A stretch of DNA of 64,000 bases from positions 192,001 to 256,000 of the IMG/VR virus record IMGVR_UViG_3300042010_000129. One strand, 5' to 3'. The notes below the pieces were generated by a model that saw nothing but the letters and a program-made list of their open reading frames with translations, was not told the origin of the DNA and did not search any database. The DNA is from a virus (taxonomy: Duplodnaviria > Caudoviricetes). Position numbers and translations under genes: made by a program. Positions 33,614 to 42,343 of the stretch are shown in pieces. Numbering within the stretch: the first letter of the stretch is position 1; the number at the start of each line of letters is the position of its first letter.

Positions 33614-34483
33614 TTATTTGCGTTTCTTTTTCTTTCCAGCTTTTTGCTTTTTGCGCACAGCGGCTGCTGCTTGTGCAGAAAGCATTTGAACACTGTAGAA
33701 CGGTTCACGTCCTTCAGCGACCAATTCTTCGTTGAGCATTTCGACAATGGCTTCTTTGGAGAAATCCATTTCCATTTCTTCGATTTCTTTTCGGAACTGT
33801 TCGTCTTCGGCTGTGCGGATTTTACCCCAACCGTCACTGAACTGTTTTTCCAGTGGGTTGAGATTGGCACGCGCTTCGATTTCTTTTTTCCAACGTTCGT
33901 CCTCGGCTGCACACAGAGCATCAACGGCGTCGAGGGCCATTGCGCTTTCCAGTGTGGTCGGGAGGCCGTTTGCGTCGAGTTCCAGTTCAGGCGAAGGGAT
34001 CGAAATGTTCGCTTTGGTTTCGATTGGTTCCGGGCGAGCCGCGATCACCAGCGAATCAGCCAATTGCTTCAGGCCTTCCAGTTGTCCCGGCGAGTGTTGT
34101 TGCGAGAAAAACAGTGCAGCTTTTTCGTCGTGTGTTTTCGGCTGAACAAACTCAGAGTTTTCGGAGTTGAAATCCATCGGGATAAATTCCATGGCGCTAC
34201 CAGTGCGACCGCGAGTGTCCGTCCAGCTAAGGCCCGCGCCGATATCAGAGGATTCCGAAGTGTGGTGCGTGCTTTCGCCGCTCAGAAACGTATCGTCGAG
34301 CGGGATAAACACCGGCGTTTGCCCACGATTGCGAGACGGGCGGTGGATTTCTTGGCCGGGAATGTGAGACTGCGCACCAGCTTCGATTCCCTGCACCTTT
34401 TCACGGTACATTTCTACCGCTACTTCGCGGCAGTTTTCAGTGCCGTAATCGACGCAGACCACAACGGGTTTTTCTTCACTCAT
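33614..34483 (-). CDS. acidic hypothetical protein with a poly-Lys C-terminus
   Basis: 289 aa from MSEEKP (ATGA overlap); ends RKKQKAGKKKKRK. Confidence 0.75.
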   Translation of the reverse strand: MSEEKPVVVCVDYGTENCREVAVEMYREKVQGIEAGAQSHIPGQEIHRPSRNRGQTPVFIPLDDTFLSGESTHHTSESSDIGAGLSWTDTRGRTGSAMEFIPMDFNSENSEFVQPKTHDEKAALFFSQQHSPGQLEGLKQLADSLVIAARPEPIETKANISIPSPELELDANGLPTTLESAMALDAVDALCAAEDERWKKEIEARANLNPLEKQFSDGWGKIRTAEDEQFRKEIEEMEMDFSKEAIVEMLNEELVAEGREPFYSVQMLSAQAAAAVRKKQKAGKKKKRK

Positions 34484-34836
34484 TTCGATTCCTGCCATTT
34501 TTTCGTGTTCCCTTGCAGCTTCACGATGTAGGTATAGCCCACACCATTTGCCTCACGTTCGTAGCGCACAGCACGAACCGGGACGCGACACGGTTGATCA
34601 TCCAGCACCACGAAAAATTCCTGATCGAAATTGACTTTGCGTTGGTGCGTGAAAAACTCCACGACCAGCATCAGGTTTTCTTCGCGATCAGAACGGGTGC
34701 TGTGATGGAGATATTCGCACTGCTGGAAACCGCGCTCGGTGCAAAGCTTCACGTTGGAAATCGTGCCGTCTTTTTCACTGTCTTCGCGCATGCACAGAAG
34801 TGCAAGGTGGAAATTCTTTTCGTGTCCTTTGGTCAT
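34480..34836 (-). CDS. hypothetical protein
   Basis: 118 aa from MTKGHE (ATGA overlap). Confidence 0.65.
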   Translation of the reverse strand: MTKGHEKNFHLALLCMREDSEKDGTISNVKLCTERGFQQCEYLHHSTRSDREENLMLVVEFFTHQRKVNFDQEFFVVLDDQPCRVPVRAVRYEREANGVGYTYIVKLQGNTKKWQESK

Positions 34837-35390
34837 TGAGTAATTGCCCGATAGGCTGCACGCCATCCGAGTTTTGCCTTCACGTAAGCAATCGACTGAC
34901 GACGCTCGAATTCTTCATAAACTTCGTCCATGTGAATCGGACGCATGTTGATTTGTTCGAGCGAGCAATTGAAGTACCGACGATCACGCACAAGATGCCC
35001 ATGCAGGTGTCCGTGTAAGTTACGCTTGCCGCGCAAATGCTCAGGGTGCAGCGGGGCGTGCGTCATGATGATGCCGTGTTTATAACCGTACATGCTATGA
35101 ACACTATTTACAGTTTTCAGACCTGCAATAAATCCAGCGCTCACTTTCTCGGTGCAGTGGTTGCCGAGAATCACGACCTTACGACCGGGCAACGAATCTA
35201 CCTTCAGCCAACCCGCTTCGCTGAATGCAACGTCGCCCAAAATGTAGGTGGTATCGCGCTTGTTCGAACGCACGGTATCGGCCCAATTATCGCAGACGAA
35301 TTCGTCATGTTGTTCGACGCTTTCGTAACCGCGATAGATGTGAATACTTTCGTGGGCAATGTGCAAATCAGCGCAGAGGTATGCGGCCAT
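34833..35390 (-). CDS. calcineurin-like metallophosphoesterase
   Basis: DLH..H, GD, GNH, TH.P, HGHLH motifs. Confidence 0.85.
   Translation of the reverse strand: MAAYLCADLHIAHESIHIYRGYESVEQHDEFVCDNWADTVRSNKRDTTYILGDVAFSEAGWLKVDSLPGRKVVILGNHCTEKVSAGFIAGLKTVNSVHSMYGYKHGIIMTHAPLHPEHLRGKRNLHGHLHGHLVRDRRYFNCSLEQINMRPIHMDEVYEEFERRQSIAYVKAKLGWRAAYRAITQ
35105..35114 (-). promoter_or_regulatory. ACTGTAAATA motif (intragenic)
   Basis: Exact copy about 270 nt upstream of ATG 34836. Confidence 0.4.
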
Positions 35391-35740
35391 TATTCTGTCT
35401 CGACAAAGAAACTCAGGTAGGTGTCATAATCAGGAACTTCGAACGATTCCAAACCGGTTTCGTTTTCATCCGGAAAGAATTCTGCACCCTGTTTAAATTG
35501 CACGCCTTCCCACACGCAGGTCAGCGAACCGTCTTGCATGAGGTGACGGAGGGTTGCAGACGGTTCCGGATCGTTGAGGCCCATCACGATTTCGAAGCGC
35601 TTGTTTTTGTAATCGTGTGTGCCACAAAAGATGTGACAGATCGGGCGCTCGTTATTGATTTGCACGGGCACCGGCAGTTGCATCACGGCGCCGACTGCGT
35701 TGTACAGACGCTCACTTTCGGCGCGGGAAATCTTACTCAT
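35390..35740 (-). CDS. hypothetical protein
   Basis: 116 aa from MSKISR. Confidence 0.7.
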   Translation of the reverse strand: MSKISRAESERLYNAVGAVMQLPVPVQINNERPICHIFCGTHDYKNKRFEIVMGLNDPEPSATLRHLMQDGSLTCVWEGVQFKQGAEFFPDENETGLESFEVPDYDTYLSFFVETE

Positions 35741-36188
35741 TTTTGCCACCAGTTTTTGATCCGAGTTTGGGGAACGCTTGCAGAACCAGAGTGGTCAGCG
35801 TGGGTTCGATTCCTTGGTCGCGCAGTTGCTGGCGCGCTTCCGGAGTGTCGTAGCTTTTGTTCACGTTTTCCCACAACCGTTCATGACCGAAGCGCTTTTG
35901 AAAATGATCGCAGCCTTCTTGATAGTAGGCGTCGAATTCCGCAAGTTTTTCAGTGTCGTTTTGATCGAGGGCGGAACCGAACAATACCCAACGCAAACCA
36001 GACAGGCGCGGCGAGTATGCCATTTCCATCATCTGGTCAGCTATTGCCTTGCCCAGTGCATGCCACTGATCATCGGGTTTATCCGCCAGTTCACGAATCA
36101 GTTCACGGTCGTGGCTGTTTTGTTTTCCATCAGCGGCTTTCATCAAACGTTTTACTTGTTCCAACAATTCTTTCTTGTCGTCGCTCAT
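35733..36188 (-). CDS. hypothetical protein
   Basis: 151-aa ORF. Confidence 0.7.
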   Translation of the reverse strand: MSDDKKELLEQVKRLMKAADGKQNSHDRELIRELADKPDDQWHALGKAIADQMMEMAYSPRLSGLRWVLFGSALDQNDTEKLAEFDAYYQEGCDHFQKRFGHERLWENVNKSYDTPEARQQLRDQGIEPTLTTLVLQAFPKLGSKTGGKNE

Positions 36189-36195
36189 GGTTTTC

Positions 36196-36648
36196 TCACG
36201 CGGCTAAAACGTCGGTGAAATACTTCGAATCGTTCGCAGCTTTTTGCGCATCAGCTTTGTCGATACCCTTAGCAATTGCGTAGGCGCGGACGGCGCAGAA
36301 CATCGACCACTTTTGCCACGCCGGAACACCCAACACGCCCATGGCTTCGAGGAAGATCAGGTCGCCAGTTTTGCGCGTGACGTAAACGTTGATACCGTTC
36401 ATATTTACAGTTCTGTAGCTGCAAATATAATCGTGAATAACCGCTGCCTTTCCGTACTTGCCATTCGGCGGCAACAGCCAGCGAATCCACCACGGCACCG
36501 ATGCCAAATCAGTGCGATAACCGACTGGCACACTCACAACGATTCCAGATCCAAGCATGCCGATCAGGTAGGCGAAAACCTGCCAGATAACATAATGAAT
36601 TCCGTCGTCTTCAAATTCCGCTACAAGCGGGGAAGTAAAACTACTCAT
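36196..36648 (-). CDS. DUF1353-family protein
   Basis: VP.GYRTDLASVP...PP.GKY.KAAVIHDY...R...D.IF.EAM...GV...W.MF.AVR. Confidence 0.8.
   Translation of the reverse strand: MSSFTSPLVAEFEDDGIHYVIWQVFAYLIGMLGSGIVVSVPVGYRTDLASVPWWIRWLLPPNGKYGKAAVIHDYICSYRTVNMNGINVYVTRKTGDLIFLEAMGVLGVPAWQKWSMFCAVRAYAIAKGIDKADAQKAANDSKYFTDVLAA
36402..36411 (-). promoter_or_regulatory. ACTGTAAATA motif (intragenic)
   Basis: Exact copy about 210 nt upstream of ATG 36188. Confidence 0.4.
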
Positions 36649-36979
36649 AAAGCCTCATGTGTACAGTCCACAGATACAGACCGCGTTCGTTGGTTAGGAT
36701 TTCGATGGACTCTGCAAATTGCCACGTGAAAGTGCCGGGCGTCCGAATGGAAAATTCAGCTGCCTTGAAATGCATCAATTGGTCGATCACGCTGTTTTGC
36801 AGGCGCACCAGTTCTTTTGCTTCTGCTTGAATTTGAAACGACGCGTGCAGATAGCCATCGGCAACATCGGTGCCGAGGATCGCCGCGTCTGCTGTGTGGT
36901 TGTCGATGGAAACACGCACAGTTCCTTTGTGGTTCCGCACCGCATCCAAACGATCCCGTACTTCGTGAATGGTTGACAT
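36641..36979 (-). CDS. hypothetical protein
   Basis: 112 aa, AAGGA SD. Confidence 0.7.
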   Translation of the reverse strand: MSTIHEVRDRLDAVRNHKGTVRVSIDNHTADAAILGTDVADGYLHASFQIQAEAKELVRLQNSVIDQLMHFKAAEFSIRTPGTFTWQFAESIEILTNERGLYLWTVHMRLYE

Positions 36980-36987
36980 GAAAATCC

Positions 36988-37629
36988 TTATTTAAATGCC
37001 GCGAATTTTACGAAACGTTTTTTGTGGAGGGATTCAGCTTCACGCATCCGCCGATGCATGCCTTGCTTGGTGTCTGACGGAAGGGTGAACGTGATTTCAA
37101 ACGAAAGTTCCGGCAGGAATTTGCAGTCAATATCTGTCGCGTACCAATGCTGTCCGCAGATCAACGCACTCAACTCGTTGACCTGTTGGAAGTTGTCGCG
37201 CATGTATTGAAATTTCGCCATCAAAACTTTTTCGTCTTTGTGAATTACTTTTGCGCGCAGCGTAATGTGTGGTGGAGCCGTTGGGTAACGCTGAGTCACG
37301 CCGAACCACACCACGTCTGTGTACGCCAGATCCTGCTGCGCATGCATAGGCTCCAACACAAAAGTTTCGGTGCCCAAACGAACGCACAGCAATTTCTTTT
37401 TCGGCTGGCTCTTCGCACCGATTTCAAACTGAGGGAAAAGGCCGGTCAGTTCGCGAACAAACTTCTGAAATTTACGGTCGTATTTGAAATAACGCAGGCG
37501 GTCGGCCAGTGCAACAGGTGGCGAAGCCGGGTAGTATTTTGGTTTGGGCGGTGGCTCTTCGAAGTAGCCAAACTCGTAGCCAAACTCTTCCAGTTCATCT
37601 TCCGTTTCTTCGTATAATTCTTCACACAT
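36988..37629 (-). CDS. hypothetical protein
   Basis: 213 aa, acidic N-terminus. Confidence 0.75.
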   Translation of the reverse strand: MCEELYEETEDELEEFGYEFGYFEEPPPKPKYYPASPPVALADRLRYFKYDRKFQKFVRELTGLFPQFEIGAKSQPKKKLLCVRLGTETFVLEPMHAQQDLAYTDVVWFGVTQRYPTAPPHITLRAKVIHKDEKVLMAKFQYMRDNFQQVNELSALICGQHWYATDIDCKFLPELSFEITFTLPSDTKQGMHRRMREAESLHKKRFVKFAAFK

Positions 37630-37631
37630 TT

Positions 37632-38057
37632 TTAGATCCCCCTTGCCCCGAGATTCAAATCAACGAACAGACGGTCGTCGCCATGCAACGCAAACGCAGT
37701 CATGAGAAAATTGTGCCCTACAAATTTTACATGCAGCGGATGATCACACGTGTAACGCCTCGAATAAAGTTTTTGATCATATACGCGGGATTCGTCCATC
37801 TGCCGCTTGAGGCTTTCGTACAGCGAATCAAAAACTTTGCACCCGCTACGTTCGATCATCAGTTGCACCGCAGGGAATGTTACCCGGCCCGCGCAATTAT
37901 GTTCAGGCAACCACGTACAGCGTGCATCGTCCGTCAGTTCTGTTTTGTTGTACACGAAAGCGTGAACAGCATGGCCGAAAAGGAGAAACGCGTAAGTCAT
38001 GCCTTCCTTCGACAGCATCTGATAGACGCTGTTGATATCGTTCTTTTCCATGGGCAA
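37632..38057 (-). CDS. hypothetical protein
   Basis: 141 aa; start may be 38051. Confidence 0.7.
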   Translation of the reverse strand: MPMEKNDINSVYQMLSKEGMTYAFLLFGHAVHAFVYNKTELTDDARCTWLPEHNCAGRVTFPAVQLMIERSGCKVFDSLYESLKRQMDESRVYDQKLYSRRYTCDHPLHVKFVGHNFLMTAFALHGDDRLFVDLNLGARGI

Positions 38058-38080
38058 ATTCCTGTATGGAGCATGCCCTA

Positions 38081-38090
38081 TATTTACAGT
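38081..38090 (-). promoter_or_regulatory. ACTGTAAATA motif
   Basis: Intergenic, between a terminator and an RBS; 15-mer identical to 25-39. Confidence 0.65.
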
Positions 38091-38103
38091 ATCTGCCCCA
38101 ATG

Positions 38104-38137
38104 AAAAAGCCCCTGAATCCAAAAGGAAACAGGGGCC
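38104..38137 (-). terminator. intrinsic terminator
   Basis: GGCCCCTG...CAGGGGC then TTTTT. Confidence 0.75.
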
Positions 38138-38141
38138 ATGG

Positions 38142-38948
38142 TCAAACGTACACCAAAGTTTTTGCAACGAAGTTTTCGAACTTATGCAGCAGTGCGAAAG
38201 TCGCCCAATTGGTCGTGGTGTATACCGCATCACTGGTCAGCATCGCGCCATCGGCCAAGTCAACGGCTTCTGCATCGAGCATCACAATGTTGAATTCCCA
38301 TCCGTTTTTAAACACGGCGAAAATCGGAGCATCTGCAAACGTCGCAGAAACCACAACGCACTTATTCGTCTGGTCGTACCAGCACCCGCTGACCGCAAGG
38401 CCTTCGAGTTCGGAACTGCCTTCAGAAATCAGTGCTTCCACCGGCCCACGGAAAGTTTCCAGCTGATCGCCGTTGTGCAAAACAACACGGAAATCTGTTG
38501 AAGAATTCGTCAGCCAAACATTCCCTTCGCCCACCGTTACAGTGTGCCATTCTGGCCCAATCAAGATCGTTCCCTGATCAGTACCGAACGCAGGGCCACC
38601 GATATTTCTGGCGCAAATAAAATTGCCAGTAAACTCATGAACAAGCGTCCAGTCTTCATCGAGTGCGTAAATCCCCACGCCATCAACACAAGCGTAAAAC
38701 TTGTCTGCGAAAACAACGTGAGAAAACACTAAATCAACATCCATTGGTGTCCATTCGATTTTATCAACCGATTCGAACACACCGGAACCCACTGCAATGT
38801 AACGACCGTTTCCGGAAGCAACAGAAACAATGGACGCCGCAACGGACGCAGGTACGAAACCAGTAGACTGAACGAATAAACCGTTTCCATCATGGTCTGT
38901 ACCTGAACCACCGACAACATACGAACGTCGCGGAACAGGTTTTACGAC
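38142..38948 (-). CDS. beta-propeller-like domain, probably the -1 frameshift extension of 38942..39865
   Basis: Frame stays open 52 codons upstream of the ORF-track GTG (38792) with no start codon; contains SIVSVASGNGRYIAVGSGVFESVDKIEW, and the GTG falls inside this motif. Confidence 0.7.
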   Translation of the reverse strand, partial: VVKPVPRRSYVVGGSGTDHDGNGLFVQSTGFVPASVAASIVSVASGNGRYIAVGSGVFESVDKIEWTPMDVDLVFSHVVFADKFYACVDGVGIYALDEDWTLVHEFTGNFICARNIGGPAFGTDQGTILIGPEWHTVTVGEGNVWLTNSSTDFRVVLHNGDQLETFRGPVEALISEGSSELEGLAVSGCWYDQTNKCVVVSATFADAPIFAVFKNGWEFNIVMLDAEAVDLADGAMLTSDAVYTTTNWATFALLHKFENFVAKTLVYV

Positions 38949-38954
38949 TTTTTT
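38901..38954 (-). other. putative programmed -1 ribosomal frameshift signal
   Basis: In-frame A_AAA_AAG (38954-38948), 7-nt spacer, stem-loop ACCTG...CAGGT (38940-38901). Confidence 0.75.
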
Positions 38955-39865
38955 GCGATTGTCGCCAACACTTCAACCGAAACAGCATCGCCGGTTTGCA
39001 GACGTGGACGCGCTTCCAGTTTCAGAGTGTAGAGGCCCAGCGGCACACCGTCTTCGGTACGTTCAACCGATGCCGGAAGCATGTGGTCGATGTACGGGAA
39101 AGTGTATTGCTGAATCATTTGGGTTACGCGATGGTCAGCATCGGTTGCCGAGTCGCTAACAACGCGAATACCTTGACTGTACCACGTGTAATTTTTGCCT
39201 TTGCCGTCTGGCGTTGGCGTGTTCTGCAAATCCCATTTGACGGGTGCAGCATCGCCGTCCGGATCTACGTCGAGGTAAAGGGAAATGTCGTACATTTCCG
39301 TAATGTCGTTTACGCCTGTCAGCAGCGAACCAGCCGTAACGGCAAAAGTCCAACGCTCGCCCGGTTCCAGTTCGATTTCAAAACCACCAGCGCCATCACC
39401 GAAGTATTCGCTGTTGTTGTATTTACGCACGGCCAAACCGAGTTCGATATTCGCGTTTTTACCAATCACGAAATCATCAGCCGGATTGCCTACGCCTGCC
39501 AGCATGTAATTGACGCCGCCAACTTCACGAACAAAAGTGGTTTCTGCTTTCGGCGTTTCGGTCAGTGGAGCATAAACGATTGCAGCCAGCGGGCCAGTTG
39601 CCGACCACGGGCCGAGGCAGATAAGAACATCACCGAAATAAAACGAAATGATCTTGCCGTCATTGCCTGCTTCGATTTGCGTCAGCACCGGAACTTCGGA
39701 AGAGCCGTAATGGGACGCAACGGTTTTGCGAAATGCGCCCGATTGTACAACCTCTTCCATTTCAGCTTCGGTCAGTTGAATGCGGCGGATCTTCGAGGGA
39801 TCGCCTTTGTCCTGCAAGGCTTCAATAATCTCGGCCCATACGCCCGAGTAGTTCTGGACATTCAT
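38942..39865 (-). CDS. beta-rich protein, possibly virion-associated; short product of the frameshift gene
   Basis: 307 aa, AAGGA SD; ends ATIAKKS at the slippery site. Confidence 0.8.
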   Translation of the reverse strand: MNVQNYSGVWAEIIEALQDKGDPSKIRRIQLTEAEMEEVVQSGAFRKTVASHYGSSEVPVLTQIEAGNDGKIISFYFGDVLICLGPWSATGPLAAIVYAPLTETPKAETTFVREVGGVNYMLAGVGNPADDFVIGKNANIELGLAVRKYNNSEYFGDGAGGFEIELEPGERWTFAVTAGSLLTGVNDITEMYDISLYLDVDPDGDAAPVKWDLQNTPTPDGKGKNYTWYSQGIRVVSDSATDADHRVTQMIQQYTFPYIDHMLPASVERTEDGVPLGLYTLKLEARPRLQTGDAVSVEVLATIAKKS

Positions 39866-39929
39866 TAAAGAATTCCTTTATTGGTGGAAAACATGTGCAA
39901 AACATCTGCACGGAATACCTACCATTAAA

Positions 39930-40184
39930 TTACCCTTTAAAGGCAGAAATATCTCGAATGATTCCGCGTGTTAGCCGATAGCCATCACGCAGAGTTGAGG
40001 CACCGAGATAAACGACCAGCATTGCGGCCACGCTGAATGCAATGCTGTGCCGATTCATTTCGTGTTCACGCATCCAGAACCAACCTGCCAGCGCTTTGTG
40101 CGACAGCAGTACAATCAACGCCACCATGATTGCCATAGACAGAGGAATTAACACCAGCGAGCAACGTAGAACGAAAAGACGCAT
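39930..40184 (-). CDS. two-TM membrane protein
   Basis: 84 aa from MRLFVL. Confidence 0.6.
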   Translation of the reverse strand: MRLFVLRCSLVLIPLSMAIMVALIVLLSHKALAGWFWMREHEMNRHSIAFSVAAMLVVYLGASTLRDGYRLTRGIIRDISAFKG

Positions 40185-40441
40185 TAAAAGAAATCCGGTA
40201 AGTTTGGTTCGCGTTTGAATAGGCGACACACCGCCCATTTGAGAGTGACAAGGCAAACAGAAACCATGAATGCCAAAAAGAAAAGCGGAATGATCGACGC
40301 GACAGTGTAAGTGCCGAAAAGTTCAATGTAACGATTGTCTGCCTGACGCCACAACGTCATAAGCAGAATGCCCGCATGACAGAAACCAATTGCGGCCAAG
40401 CTACTGCACAAGCAAGCAATCCAAATATAGAGCGCACGCAT
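40184..40441 (-). CDS. two-TM membrane protein
   Basis: 85 aa, AAGGA SD. Confidence 0.65.
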   Translation of the reverse strand: MRALYIWIACLCSSLAAIGFCHAGILLMTLWRQADNRYIELFGTYTVASIIPLFFLAFMVSVCLVTLKWAVCRLFKREPNLPDFF

Positions 40442-40471
40442 CAGGCCAATCCTTTTATGTTTTTATCCCAC

Positions 40472-40507
40472 AAAAAACGGGATCTACCGCAAGGCAAATC
40501 CCGTTCG
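40472..40507 (-). terminator. intrinsic terminator
   Basis: AACGGGAT...ATCCCGTT then TTTT. Confidence 0.7.
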
Positions 40508-40509
40508 TT

Positions 40510-40683
40510 TTATTTCAGTTCACAAACCAGCTGGCAATAGCGGGTGTGCGCTTGCTGCATGGTCGATCCGTAACGGGCGTAGTAGCCCAGCCAGCTATAC
40601 GCCATGAATTCGCCGCTGTTCAGGCAACGAATACGAACTTTATTTTTGCGAGCTTTGGTTTCGCGGTTATCGTGCGGCGCCAT
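40510..40683 (-). CDS. small protein (below cutoff)
   Basis: MAPHDNRETKARKNKVRIRCLNSGEFMAYSWLGYYARYGSTMQQAHTRYCQLVCELK; TAATG overlap. Confidence 0.6.
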   Translation of the reverse strand: MAPHDNRETKARKNKVRIRCLNSGEFMAYSWLGYYARYGSTMQQAHTRYCQLVCELK

Positions 40684-41027
40684 TATTCGATCCTTTCGAA
40701 GTCGTCAATCATGCCGTTAGGAACCGACAGGATTTCACCGTTCGGTCGATTGAAAATAACGTGTGTGCTGATCGAAACATTCACCACCAAAACATCGTCG
40801 GTCGTTACGTTGTCCCACCACTCGTTTTCTTTCACGCGCCATTTCGTACCGGCTTCGAAACCTTCCAGAAAAGGAGTCGTTTTCAGTTCCGTGATTTTCT
40901 CAGCAGACAGTGGGGCACTGGTTGCGGCAGAGGAAACTGAAGAGGACGCAGAACCCCACGTCAGCATTTCAATAACTTCACCGACCAGTTCCGCAGCGCC
41001 TTCAAACAAACCATCGAAATCGTCCAT
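40683..41027 (-). CDS. hypothetical protein
   Basis: 114-aa acidic ORF, GAGG SD. Confidence 0.7.
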   Translation of the reverse strand: MDDFDGLFEGAAELVGEVIEMLTWGSASSSVSSAATSAPLSAEKITELKTTPFLEGFEAGTKWRVKENEWWDNVTTDDVLVVNVSISTHVIFNRPNGEILSVPNGMIDDFERIE

Positions 41028-41033
41028 GGTGCC

Positions 41034-41777
41034 TCACAGCATTTTCGGAGAGACTGGAACCGACGCCTGATTCATGTATTTTCCTTTGCGATCCGCATAG
41101 GAAATTTCACACTCTTCGTCGGAGCCGAGGAACAGAATTTGTGCGCAGCCTTCGCCCGCATAAATCTTCGCAGGCAACGGCGTTGTGTTGGAAAATTCCA
41201 ACGTCAACGAACCTTTCCATTCAGGTTCCAGCGGCGTGACGTTTACGATGATGCCGCAACGGGCATACGTCGATTTGCCGAGGCAGATAACCAGCGTATC
41301 GCGGTCGATGTTGAATTGCTCAGGCGTGTTTGCCAGCGCGAAAGAATTCGGCGGAATGATGATCGCATCGCCGTCATCTACATGCTTGGATACGAAGTTC
41401 GCGTCGGTGAAGTTTTTCGGATCGACGACAGTGTTGTTGATGTTGGTGAAAATCTTGAATTCGTTACCGCAACGAATGTCGTAGCCGTAGGAACTCAGGC
41501 CGTAAGGAATGATGCTGCGAACCGAACGTTCACCGTCACCGTCGCCAATGGCCTTGTATTCGACAGACGAAATTTGTTTGTCAGAAAAAGGCGAAATCAT
41601 CGGAGTGTGTTCGATGAAACGTTTGCTGATCACACGCGAGCCGGTAGGAGGCAGGGCCAGCAAGTCGAAGGCACGGTGCGAACCAACCCACGCATAGAAT
41701 CCACCGTTAACCATATACGCTTCACGCGTCGGCTGGCACATCCGCTTGATCCAGCGATCCGACTTAATTCCCGACAT
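41034..41777 (-). CDS. dcd: dCTP deaminase with an N-terminal insertion
   Basis: [87 protein letters not shown]. Confidence 0.95.
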   Translation of the reverse strand: MSGIKSDRWIKRMCQPTREAYMVNGGFYAWVGSHRAFDLLALPPTGSRVISKRFIEHTPMISPFSDKQISSVEYKAIGDGDGERSVRSIIPYGLSSYGYDIRCGNEFKIFTNINNTVVDPKNFTDANFVSKHVDDGDAIIIPPNSFALANTPEQFNIDRDTLVICLGKSTYARCGIIVNVTPLEPEWKGSLTLEFSNTTPLPAKIYAGEGCAQILFLGSDEECEISYADRKGKYMNQASVPVSPKML

Positions 41778-41994
41778 TTTCTTTTTCCTCTACCTGCTCA
41801 GTTTTTGGCAACAGCGCTTTGATGTGGACGCGGCCACCGATGAAATGCCAATCGACACGGACGCCAAGCGTCTGAGAAAAAGCCTGACAGATATGTTCTG
41901 CCGTGTGCTTTGGAATGTCGAAAAAGCCGACGCTGACGCCATGATCATATACTTCCTGATTGCATGGCGGTAATTCGTTGGAAGTTTCGTGCAT
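41764..41994 (-). CDS. hypothetical protein
   Basis: 76 aa, GAGG SD. Confidence 0.65.
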   Translation of the reverse strand: MHETSNELPPCNQEVYDHGVSVGFFDIPKHTAEHICQAFSQTLGVRVDWHFIGGRVHIKALLPKTEQVEEKENVGN

Positions 41995-42001
41995 AACGAC
42001 C

Positions 42002-42343
42002 TCAGTTGGCAGTCACGGGATTGTTGATGTTTTGAATGGCGGCAAGAAATCTCTTCGTCACCAAACTGGAATACATTTTGTCAGAATCGAGTGCGCACGC
42101 GGTGCCTTGCAATTCAGTCAGGAGGTTGGTCAGCAATTGAACCGACTGCGCATTTTGAAGCGCAATCTGGTTTGCTGCATAGCGCTGTGCGTGTCGCGCC
42201 ACCATCTGAACCACGGCGTCACGCTGCAAATAATTCCCGGCGAATTGCCCGGAAAGAACCAGCGGAGTCATCGCGTTGCAAATATCGTCCAGCAAGGGAT
42301 CGAACGGGCCACCGCCCGGAATTCCCGGTTCACCTTTATTCAT
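42002..42343 (-). CDS. hypothetical protein
   Basis: 113-aa ORF. Confidence 0.7.
   Translation of the reverse strand: MNKGEPGIPGGGPFDPLLDDICNAMTPLVLSGQFAGNYLQRDAVVQMVARHAQRYAANQIALQNAQSVQLLTNLLTELQGTACALDSDKMYSSLVTKRFLAAIQNINNPVTAN

Noticed and set aside
33238-33924. 228-aa ORF extending the poly-Glu gene upstream, or a frameshift fusion with 33614..34483
   Set aside because: The extension is the +1 frame of a Glu/Lys-rich gene; no X_XXY_YYZ site leads into it, and MSQVPY at 33600 has its own GGAG SD
34833-35390. GNHC instead of GNHD in the metallophosphoesterase as a novel activity
   Set aside because: A single substitution at a variable position; the family is common in phages and nothing else points to a special function
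38729-38920. 63-aa ORF MLSVVQ...
   Set aside because: Overlaps the better-supported -1 frameshift frame; no convincing SD or protein features
39930-40441. Two adjacent two-TM proteins as a holin/antiholin pair
   Set aside because: Only hydrophobicity supports it; they are 13 kb from the muramidase, and many similar small membrane proteins occur in the window
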